Shown here: one piece after another, positions 55,496-62,977 of the stretch
How positions within the stretch are numbered: the first letter of the stretch is position 1
Layout: each line of letters opens with the position of its first letter
Assembly (NCBI GenBank): GCA_965202665.1
Contig: OZ241841.1
Coordinates: 2,144,001 to 2,208,000, forward strand
Reading direction: 5' to 3'
DNA from: Candidatus Spongiisociaceae bacterium
Lineage (GTDB): Bacteria; Actinomycetota; Acidimicrobiia; Spongiisociales; Spongiisociaceae
DNA: 64,000 bases
Translations under genes and position numbers: made by a program
The notes under the pieces: model-generated
What the model was told of the DNA's origin: nothing
Database searches by the model: none
The model's input: only the letters and a program-made list of their open reading frames with translations

Positions 55496-55822
55496 ATGTC
55501 GGCAGGCTCAGACTACGACCCTTTGGAGTATGACATTTTGGGGAATCGGCTCTCCGAGGAGGAGATACGGTGGCGGTCGGACCCGAACCATTGGTTCAAC
55601 GACCAGGAGGACAACCGGTATTGGGAGGAGTACGATCGGGACTTGATGGCTGGTCGGCGCGGCGCGGAGGTGTTGGAGGAGATCCGTCGCATGGAGGAGG
55701 CTGGTCAGACCACGGTGACCATCAACGGGCGGGAGTATCCGGCGGCGGTGCGCTCCAACATAGAAAAGATACGCGCCCGAACCAGGGAGCGCGAGCGCGC
55801 CCAAACCGAATCCTCGTCCTGA
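55496..55822 (+). CDS. hypothetical 108-aa protein, array copy 3
   Basis: Own RBS TTGGAGG; most divergent N-terminal block. Confidence 0.85.
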   Translation: MSAGSDYDPLEYDILGNRLSEEEIRWRSDPNHWFNDQEDNRYWEEYDRDLMAGRRGAEVLEEIRRMEEAGQTTVTINGREYPAAVRSNIEKIRARTRERERAQTESSS

Positions 55823-55850
55823 CATTTCGGGAACGATTGGAGGTACAAGG

Positions 55851-56177
55851 ATGTCTGCAGATTCAGATTACGATCCGTTGGATTACGATAGTTTGGGGGC
55901 GCGGTTGCCTGAGCATATCAGGCGGTGGCGGGATGACCCGAACCATTGGTTCAACGACCAGGAGGATAACCGGTATTGGGAGCAGCATGACCGGGATCTG
56001 ATGGCTGGTAGGTGCGGCGTGGAGGCGTGGGAGGCGGCGCGTCGTATGGAGGAGGCGGGTCAGACTACGGTGACCATTAACGGTCGGGAGTACCCGGCGG
56101 CTACCACCGCCGACTTGGAGAGATGGTACGAGGCGGCCCGGAAACGCGCCCGCGCTGAAACCGAGTCTCCTTCCTGA
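55851..56177 (+). CDS. hypothetical 108-aa protein, array copy 4
   Basis: Own RBS TTGGAGGT; same length and core. Confidence 0.85.
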   Translation: MSADSDYDPLDYDSLGARLPEHIRRWRDDPNHWFNDQEDNRYWEQHDRDLMAGRCGVEAWEAARRMEEAGQTTVTINGREYPAATTADLERWYEAARKRARAETESPS

Positions 56178-56205
56178 CGTTTGGGTAGCGATTGGAGGTA
56201 CAAGG

Positions 56206-56532
56206 ATGTCTGCAGATTCAGATTACGATCCGTTGGATTACGATAGTTTGGGGGCGCGGTTGCCTGAGCATATCAGGCGGTGGCGGGATGATCCGAATCA
56301 TTGGTTCAACGACCGGGAGGACAACCGGTTTTGGGAGGAGGATGACCGGGAGTTGATGGCTGGTCGGCGCGGCGCGGAGGTGTGGGAGGAGGTGCGTCGT
56401 ATGGAGGAGGCGGGCCAGACCACTGTGACCATAAACGGGCGGGAGTACCCGGCGGCGGTGCGCTCCAATATAGAAAAGATACGCGCCCGAACTAGGGAGC
56501 GCGAGCGCGCCCAAACCGAATCTTCGTCCTGA
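56206..56532 (+). CDS. hypothetical 108-aa protein, array copy 5
   Basis: Own RBS TTGGAGGT; same length and core. Confidence 0.85.
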   Translation: MSADSDYDPLDYDSLGARLPEHIRRWRDDPNHWFNDREDNRFWEEDDRELMAGRRGAEVWEEVRRMEEAGQTTVTINGREYPAAVRSNIEKIRARTRERERAQTESSS

Positions 56533-56579
56533 CGGTCGGCCAACCATCATTTTCGATTATCCCAAAGGCGGGATTCAGT

Positions 56580-56942
56580 TCAGTCTGTGTCCGGCCAAAA
56601 AACGGTAGCGCCCAAAACCTGGTTCCTGTGCCAGTTGATTCTTACCCAAACCGGGCCTTCCGGTGGCTTTATGTCCGATTCTCGGGGTATGTAACCAAGT
56701 TTTTTGTCCTCGGCTTCGATATATAAGGCATCAAGATCATGCAGGTTGTAAGTCTCATATACCGCCCGCCCTGGGATAAGTCGTTTTCCATGCTCCCCGT
56801 ATAGGTCGGCGAGATTTTCCTGACGGTTCTCGAAGGTTACTCCCACCAAGTCAATGCTGTATCCTTCAACGTCGCCATCGAAACTGTCATCATCAAAATA
56901 CCCGGTTCTGACAGGATAGCCGCGCTTGGTATTTGCTTTCAT
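56580..56942 (-). CDS. HIRAN-domain protein
   Basis: LVGVTFENRQ...ETYNLHDLDALYI...KKLGYIPRE matches the HIRAN pattern (vGv.f..rq / EP.N.yD.nAi / lGYvP); lower GC. Confidence 0.65.
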   Translation of the reverse strand: MKANTKRGYPVRTGYFDDDSFDGDVEGYSIDLVGVTFENRQENLADLYGEHGKRLIPGRAVYETYNLHDLDALYIEAEDKKLGYIPRESDIKPPEGPVWVRINWHRNQVLGATVFWPDTD

Positions 56943-57017
56943 ATCTTCCCATAATAGCAAACCCCGGTTTTGCTGTTGATCCGATGACGGATGATCCCCG
57001 TATAGTTTGCGGGCGGG

Positions 57018-58190
57018 TTATTCGCCGTTGGCGGGTTCGGCTCCCCAGGCTCCTATGGCGGCGATCATCCGGCTTACGCCTTCTTTCAGCAGGTCGGGGG
57101 CGGTGGCCAGGGAAATCCGCACGTAGTTTTCAGCGCGGGGACCGAAGGTTTCACCGGGCACCACCGCCACCCCCTGTTCTATCACCAGCCGCCGCGCGAA
57201 CCGGTCGGCGGTGAGTCCGCTGCCGGAAACATCCACCATCTGGTAGAAAGCCCCCGACGGCCGCACATAGGGCGTCCCCGCCCCGTCCAGCAGTTCCATC
57301 ACCATGTCGCGCCGCCCGCGGTAGGCGTCCCGCATTTCCGCCACCGCCTCCTGCGGGCCGGTGATCGCCGCCGTCGCCGCTTTCTGGGCGGGGGCGTTCA
57401 CGCAGGACGTGATCGGCTCCTGCACTTTGACGATGCTTTCCGTCACCTCCGGGGGCGAAACCAGATACCCGACCCGCCACCCGGTCATCGCGTAAGTTTT
57501 GGAGAAGCTGAAAAAACTGATTACCCGCCCGTCTTCGTCCAGGGGGGCGGCCGAAGGGGGCGGCTCCTCGTACCAAATCTCGTCGTACACCTCGTCGGAC
57601 AGCACCCACAGGTCGTGCTGGCGGGCCAACTCCATTATTTCCAGCAAGGCGGAGCGGGGAGTCGCCGCCCCGGTGGGGTTGCCGGGGGAGTTGAGGAGGA
57701 CGGCCCGGGTGCGGTCGGTGATGAGCGGTTCCATCAGTTCCGCTTGCGGGATAAAATCGTTTTCGGGGAGCAGCGGATAGGGGACGTCGACCACCCCGGA
57801 CAGGTTGGTCATCAGCCGGTAGTTGGGCCAGGCCGGGTCGCTGATCAGAATTTCCTCCCCCGGGTCGCACAGCGACACGATCGCCCCGTACACCCCGGCC
57901 ACCGCCCCGGGGGTCACCACGATGTCGTCCGGGGAGGCTTCTATCCCGTTGCGCCGCCGCACCTTGTCGGCCAGGGCTTCCCGCAGTTCGGGGATGCCGG
58001 CGTTGGGAGTGTATTTGGTGAAGCCTTCATCCCCGGCCCGCCGGGCGGCTTCCACCACATGGGCGGGGGTGTCGAAGTTGGGTTCCCCCACTTCCAGATG
58101 GATGGCGCCGCCCTTTTCCAAGGCCAATTCCATAATGTCCCGGATGCCGGACCGCCCCAGCGAGTCCACCACATTGGAGGTTGTCCGCAT
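57018..58190 (-). CDS. PLP-dependent aminotransferase class I/II
   Basis: LEVGEPNF, NSPGNPTG, SDEVY, SFSKTYAMTGWRVG. Confidence 0.93.
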   Translation of the reverse strand: MRTTSNVVDSLGRSGIRDIMELALEKGGAIHLEVGEPNFDTPAHVVEAARRAGDEGFTKYTPNAGIPELREALADKVRRRNGIEASPDDIVVTPGAVAGVYGAIVSLCDPGEEILISDPAWPNYRLMTNLSGVVDVPYPLLPENDFIPQAELMEPLITDRTRAVLLNSPGNPTGAATPRSALLEIMELARQHDLWVLSDEVYDEIWYEEPPPSAAPLDEDGRVISFFSFSKTYAMTGWRVGYLVSPPEVTESIVKVQEPITSCVNAPAQKAATAAITGPQEAVAEMRDAYRGRRDMVMELLDGAGTPYVRPSGAFYQMVDVSGSGLTADRFARRLVIEQGVAVVPGETFGPRAENYVRISLATAPDLLKEGVSRMIAAIGAWGAEPANGE

Positions 58191-58199
58191 CGCCCCGCC

Positions 58200-59372
58200 T
58201 TAGATGATGTTTTTGACTTCGGGGAAATGGCAGGCCGTCAGATGGCCGGGGGCCAGCTCCCGCAGGGGGGGTTCTTCTTCCCGGCAGACATCCCGGTCTT
58301 TCCCCACCGGGCAGCGGGTGTGAAACCGGCACCCGGAGGGCGGGTTGAGCGGGCTGGGCACGTCCCCTTCCAGCAGGATGCGGGAACGTTTCCGCTGATG
58401 AACCGGGTCGGGCACCGGCACCGCCGACAGCAGGGCGTGGGTGTAGGGGTGCATCGGTTCGGCGAACAGTTGGTCGGTGGGGGCCGACTCGGCGATTTTG
58501 CCCAAGTACATCACCGCCGTGTGGTCGCAAATGTGGCGCACCACCGCCAAGTCGTGGGCGATGAACAGGTAGGTGAGGCCCAGCCGTTCCTGGATTTCGT
58601 GGAACAGGTTGAGCACCTGCGCTTGGATGGAAACGTCCAAAGCCGACACCGGTTCGTCCAGGATCAGAAAGCCGGGGCGCAACGCTAAGGCCCGCGCCAC
58701 CCCGATCCGCTGCCGCTGGCCGCCGGAGAACTCATGCGGGTAGCGGTTGGCGGCGTTGGCGCTCATCCCCACCAGTTGCAACAGTTCCCCCACCGCCTCC
58801 GCGCGGGCGGAGCGGGTCAGGTCCAGATGGACTTCCATCAGTTCGGCGATGGCCGCCCCCACCGTCATCCGCGGGTTGAGGGAGGCGAACGGGTCTTGGA
58901 AAACGATCTGCATGTGGCGGCGCAACTCCCGCAACCGGCGCCGGTCGGCGGCGATGATGTCGATGGTTTCCACCCGCCCGTCGCCCGGGCCGCCGTCCGG
59001 GGACCCGTTTGGGTTCGCCGCCGGTTCCTGTTCGCCGTCCTCCTCCGGGCCGGGGGCGCCGTCCAGCCGCCGTTGCAGGAACACCTCCCCGGAGGTGGGT
59101 TCCACCAAGCGCAACACGGAGCGGGCGGTGGTCGATTTGCCGCAGCCGGATTCGCCGACCAGGCCCAAGGTGCGTCCGAACGGGATGTCGAACGACACCC
59201 CGGCCACCGCCGACACCTCCCCCTGGTTGCGGCTGAAAATCCCGCCGCTGAGAGTGAAAGTTTTCACCAGGTTGCGCACCGACAGGGCCGCGTCGCGGCT
59301 GATCGGCGTCTGCGTCTGTTGCGCGGCTGGGTGGGTCAAGCGGCCTCCGTTGGTTGTGGCGGGCGGAACCAT
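58200..59372 (-). CDS. Opp/Dpp-type ABC ATP-binding protein (OppF-like)
   Basis: [53 protein letters not shown]; acidic/Gly-Pro insertion after Walker A; start uncertain. Confidence 0.93.
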   Translation of the reverse strand: MVPPATTNGGRLTHPAAQQTQTPISRDAALSVRNLVKTFTLSGGIFSRNQGEVSAVAGVSFDIPFGRTLGLVGESGCGKSTTARSVLRLVEPTSGEVFLQRRLDGAPGPEEDGEQEPAANPNGSPDGGPGDGRVETIDIIAADRRRLRELRRHMQIVFQDPFASLNPRMTVGAAIAELMEVHLDLTRSARAEAVGELLQLVGMSANAANRYPHEFSGGQRQRIGVARALALRPGFLILDEPVSALDVSIQAQVLNLFHEIQERLGLTYLFIAHDLAVVRHICDHTAVMYLGKIAESAPTDQLFAEPMHPYTHALLSAVPVPDPVHQRKRSRILLEGDVPSPLNPPSGCRFHTRCPVGKDRDVCREEEPPLRELAPGHLTACHFPEVKNII

Positions 59373-59493
59373 TCTACATTCCCCGACCGGGCGGGGTTCG
59401 GGTTTCGCCCGCCGCCGCCCTCATCGGGATGATAATATGGGGGGCGGCGGTCCGCCGGGCCGCTCGCATCAAACTATGGAAGGAGAGCCGTCG

Positions 59494-60036
59494 ATGTCGG
59501 ATGACGATTTTCGGGGGAAGCTGGGGGGTTTGGACCCCGAAGAGTTGGATTTGTTCCTGGACGAGGATTGGCTGGCCCGGCTGGCCTGCCTCACTCCGGA
59601 CGGGGCGCCCTACGTGGTGCCGCTGTGGTACCAGTGGCAGGACGGGGCCCTGTGGTTCGTCGGCCGGCAACGGGCGGTATGGTGCGAATACATCAAAAAC
59701 GACCCCCGGGTGTCGGTGGTGATCGACGCCGCTGAAACTCCGCCCGAATACGAAGGCCGTTCCATGCAGATCCCCAAGGTGATGTTCCAGGGCATGGGCG
59801 AGATAACGGAGGAGCCGAACATCGGCGGCCTGTGGGTGGATATAGCCAAAGAAATGTCCTACCGGTACCTGGGGCCGAACGGCCCCGAATATCTGACCGG
59901 CACCATGAACCAGCCCCGTTGGCTGATCAAAGTGGTTCCGACCAAGATCGACACCTGGCAGGGGGTGGGCTGGGCCCGGCGCTACTGGGTGGAGGGCACC
60001 GGCGGCCCCTCCTACGAGGAGGCGCACGGAGGCTGA
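59494..60036 (+). CDS. pyridoxamine 5'-phosphate oxidase-family protein (paralogue of 44979-45539)
   Basis: RLACLTPDGAPYVVPLWYQWQDG, DPRVSVVID, TWQGVGWARRY; RBS AAGGAG. Confidence 0.82.
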   Translation: MSDDDFRGKLGGLDPEELDLFLDEDWLARLACLTPDGAPYVVPLWYQWQDGALWFVGRQRAVWCEYIKNDPRVSVVIDAAETPPEYEGRSMQIPKVMFQGMGEITEEPNIGGLWVDIAKEMSYRYLGPNGPEYLTGTMNQPRWLIKVVPTKIDTWQGVGWARRYWVEGTGGPSYEEAHGG

Positions 60037-60140
60037 TTCCGGCGGGCGGGGGGCTCCGGCCGGCCTCCCGCCCCGGCTGGTTCCGGTAGTTCCGGTACGG
60101 GTTTAGCCTGACTCCTTGACGCTAGGTAAGGAGGTGGCTG

Positions 60141-61082
60141 ATGGCAGCCCGTTTGCGGTCCTATCCGAAAGTTTACACCCTGGGCCATGTGGCCTTGGAG
60201 CAGATGATGAACGAGCCGGACCTTTTGGTGGAGATCACCGAAAAGGTGGACGGCTCCCAGTTCAGCTTCGGCCTGCTGGAGGGCCGGCTGGCTTTCCGCA
60301 GCAGCGGGCAGGAGATTTTCCCCGAATCGGCCGGGAAGCTGTTTGAACCGGCGGTGGCGCAGGTGCTGTCGGTGCGGGAGCGGCTGGCCGACGGCTGGTC
60401 CTACCGGGGGGAGGCCTTTTTCCGTCCCAAGCACAACACGCTGGCCTACCAGCGGGCGCCGCGCGGCCACGTAATGCTGTTCGGGGTGGACCGGGGCTAC
60501 CAGGATTGGGCGGACGCCGCGGTGCGGGAGGAAGCGGCGGAGGAGCTGGGGATGGAGGCGGTGCCGGTGTTGCACCAGGGGCCGTTGCCGTCGTTGGAGG
60601 AGTTGCGGGGGATGCTGGACCGGGAGTCGGTCTTGGGCGGGGTGAAGGTGGAGGGGATAGTCATCAAGCAGGTCGCCAACGCGTTTTTCGACAAGGGGGG
60701 CAAGGCCTTGATGGCCAAACTGGTGTCGGAGGAGTTTGCGGAAACCCACCGGCGGGAATGGCGCAAAACCAACCAGTCCCAGAAGGAGGGCCTGGCCGAG
60801 CTGGCCGAATCGTACCGCACCGAAGCCCGCTGGCGCAAGGCGGCGCAGCATCTGTCCGAACGGGGGGATCTGGCGGGGGAGCCGCGCGACATAGGCCCGC
60901 TGATCGTGGAGGTGCGCCGGGATTTTTTGGAGGAGGAGGCGGACAACGTAAAAGAAAAGCTGTGGCGGATGTTCAAAGACCAGATGCTCCGCAAAGTAAC
61001 CGCCGGCCTCCCCGAATGGTACAAAAAAACCCTAGCGGAAGCCCAGCTCCCGCCCGCACCCCCGGAGGAGGTTGCCGATTGA
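60141..61082 (+). CDS. ATP-dependent RNA ligase, Rnl2-like
   Basis: Nucleotidyltransferase motifs: YPK, I TEKVDGS, III YRGE, IIIa MLFGV, IV EGIVIK, V AKLVSEEFAE; no DNA-ligase OB domain evident; RBS AAGGAGGT. Confidence 0.8.
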   Translation: MAARLRSYPKVYTLGHVALEQMMNEPDLLVEITEKVDGSQFSFGLLEGRLAFRSSGQEIFPESAGKLFEPAVAQVLSVRERLADGWSYRGEAFFRPKHNTLAYQRAPRGHVMLFGVDRGYQDWADAAVREEAAEELGMEAVPVLHQGPLPSLEELRGMLDRESVLGGVKVEGIVIKQVANAFFDKGGKALMAKLVSEEFAETHRREWRKTNQSQKEGLAELAESYRTEARWRKAAQHLSERGDLAGEPRDIGPLIVEVRRDFLEEEADNVKEKLWRMFKDQMLRKVTAGLPEWYKKTLAEAQLPPAPPEEVAD

Positions 61083-61193
61083 TATGAAAAGCGGGGTATG
61101 CTTGTTCCCGCAGGCGTGAGAAAGGTCGGTTGATGTCAACTTCTGCTGCGGCGCCTCCGTTGTCGCGGTTGCATGTCGTAGAAAGGATTCGAA

Positions 61194-61439
61194 ATGACAT
61201 TTACGGATAGGACACCCTCATCAGACGCTGAGGCTGTTGCGCGGGAACGGGAGCGGTGGTTTTCCGACCCCGAGGACAACGCTTACTGGGAGGAGATGCA
61301 CGCCAGCTTGGAGCGGGGCGACCCCCAGCATGCCGAGTTCTCCCGCGCCGCCGCCGAGCACATCTTGGGGAGCCTGCGCCCGGGCGAGAGGCTGGAGTTG
61401 CGTCCCGGGGAGGGCCTTTTCGTCGTCTCCGACGACTGA
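61194..61439 (+). CDS. hypothetical 81-aa protein related to the array proteins
   Basis: RBS AAAGGA; WFSDPEDNAYWEE versus WFNDQEDNRYWEE in the array. Confidence 0.65.
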   Translation: MTFTDRTPSSDAEAVARERERWFSDPEDNAYWEEMHASLERGDPQHAEFSRAAAEHILGSLRPGERLELRPGEGLFVVSDD

Positions 61440-61627
61440 AACCGCCCGAGCGCAACACGCGCCGGACCGGTTCCGCGTCATCCGCTGGTCCGGAATGTCG
61501 CTGGTTCAACTCCGCCGCGATCCGCAACGCCGCCTGGGCGGGTTATACGCTATCGGGCGGACGGATTCGTCCTCCGCCGGAGGGGGCGGTAATGGCCGCG
61601 GTTAGTCGTTACCGGGTCGCCACCGTG

Positions 61628-61647
61628 TTATTCCGGCGGCGGAATAA
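61628..61647. terminator. perfect hairpin between convergent genes
   Basis: TTATTCCG-GCGG-CGGAATAA. Confidence 0.35.
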
Positions 61648-61730
61648 ACTGGCCGCCGGTCGGTTCGTCCTGGTCGGCGGTAGCGGACGGGCGGAGGGTT
61701 TTAGAAGTCGGAGCGTACTTGTCCGGTCAC

Positions 61731-62198
61731 TCAGCCACCCCCCCGCGGCTGGGGGTCGTAAATGGCCGACAAAGAACCCTCCGGTTCGTCCTTCACTACC
61801 CAGTGGACGTTGGGGATAGTTATCCGGGATAATAATTCGGTTAGCCGGTCGGTCGTTTCGGCTAGCTGGTTGGAGGTTACCGCTAGCTGTTCGGAGGTTT
61901 CACGATTAGCCCGCGCCGTTTCCCGGTTATCTTCCGTCGCCCTCCGGTTATCTTCCGTCGCCCTCCGGTTATACTCCGCCGCCCTCCGGTTGTCTTCCGC
62001 CGCCCTCCTGTTATCCCATGCCGCCGCCCATAGAGATCCGTCTATCCGAGTCGCCATTTCATCTAACCGGTCGGTCGTTTCCCGGTTCGTTTTAGCCGCC
62101 GTCCGGTTGTCTTCCGCGCTCTCCGGGCGGCGTAACCGAAATCCGTCCTTCTGTTGGTTACCGCCGTCCTCCGGCGGCCTGTTTGGTTCGTCCGTCAT
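61731..62198 (-). CDS. hypothetical coiled-coil protein with heptad (EDNRRAA/T) repeats
   Basis: RBS GGAGGA; 21-nt tandem repeat at ~61923-62029. Confidence 0.7.
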   Translation of the reverse strand: MTDEPNRPPEDGGNQQKDGFRLRRPESAEDNRTAAKTNRETTDRLDEMATRIDGSLWAAAWDNRRAAEDNRRAAEYNRRATEDNRRATEDNRETARANRETSEQLAVTSNQLAETTDRLTELLSRITIPNVHWVVKDEPEGSLSAIYDPQPRGGG

Positions 62199-62495
62199 AG
62201 TTCGTCCTCCGTTCGGTCGGTTTCTAACGCGTAGTCACCGTCGTTCGTCTTTCCGCCGGGGGCTCTATCCGGTTCGGGTTCGGCGGACCGAGGGTTCTAA
62301 TCCCCGCCGTCCGTTATAGTAGAGCATTAGCCGAGTTGGTGGAGTGGTGTCAAGTTGGCGGGCGTATAATTCGCCGTCCGGGGGGTCCGAACGGCGGCGG
62401 CGCGGGTGGCGTAGGCGGAGGCCCAGCTTCGGCGACGCAGCTGGCTGTTGTTCCACCACTATGTCCGTTATGTCCACATCTGCTAGAGTGACGTT

Positions 62496-62774
62496 ATGAG
62501 CAACCTACAGCAGGACCTCCAACGTAGATTCCCTCAGATAGCCGACCGTCTCCAAACTCGGGACGGCAAGCTGACTTTGTTAGACAACGGCGTACCCGTG
62601 GCCGTGTTGCTGACGCCCGCTGAAATGGAAGGTTTGGAGATCACATTGGAGTTGATGTCCGACCCCGATGCCGCTACCGAGATTCGAGAGGCAGAAGAAG
62701 CGTACAGAGTAGGCGACGTAGTTGAAGACGAAGCCAAGATTAGAGAACTCATAAGCCGCCAGTCCGGCAATTAA
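62496..62774 (+). CDS. type II antitoxin, Phd/YefM family
   Basis: LTLLDNGVPVAVLL...EGLEITLELMSDP...EIREA; TAATG coupling to a toxin-like ORF. Confidence 0.78.
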   Translation: MSNLQQDLQRRFPQIADRLQTRDGKLTLLDNGVPVAVLLTPAEMEGLEITLELMSDPDAATEIREAEEAYRVGDVVEDEAKIRELISRQSGN

Positions 62775-62977
62775 TGCAAAAATACGCACCAGCGTTTGCC
62801 CCGGCTGTTCAGCGTGCGTTGGCGGAAACGTTGCCAGAGTCTGTTGCGTTAGCGGCTGTGGATTTAATCTATGGGGATATGTCCCAAAACCCTCAGAGGG
62901 TACATAACCCGTCATCTAAATCCGATGCTCTAGTAATTGATGAACAAGGGTTTCTACCCGCAATTTCTCCGGGGTAG
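62774..62977 (+). pseudogene. truncated RelE/ParE-family toxin
   Basis: First 43 aa (RALAETLPESVALAAVDLIYGDMSQNPQRV) resemble actinobacterial RelE N-termini. The GKPL...SARRGxYR catalytic half is absent, and the tail is read antisense to the next gene. Confidence 0.65.

Larger units (their letters stand above)
54787..56532 (+). repeat. tandem array of five ~355-bp gene units
   Basis: Starts at 54787, 55141, 55496, 55851 and 56206 (period 354-355); each unit is a GGAGG RBS plus a 327-nt ORF, with conserved 27-28 nt spacers between ORFs. Confidence 0.97.

Noticed and set aside
54787-56532. Array as a CRISPR locus, DGR target or integron cassette array
   Set aside because: The units are 355-bp protein-coding paralogues rather than repeat-spacer units; variation is block-wise, not adenine-specific; no cas, reverse transcriptase, integrase or attC-like sites were seen.
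54799-56550. Repeated ~98-110 aa antisense ORFs inside the array units
   Set aside because: They are shadows of the sense genes, absent from copy 4 in the ORF track and without an evident RBS; the sense ORFs carry conserved RBSs.
62330-62475. Possible tRNA, attachment site or MITE upstream of the antitoxin (AGTGGTG...CACCACT, TATAAT, hairpins)
   Set aside because: No cloverleaf or T-loop consensus, and the inverted repeat is only 7 bp; most simply a divergent promoter region.
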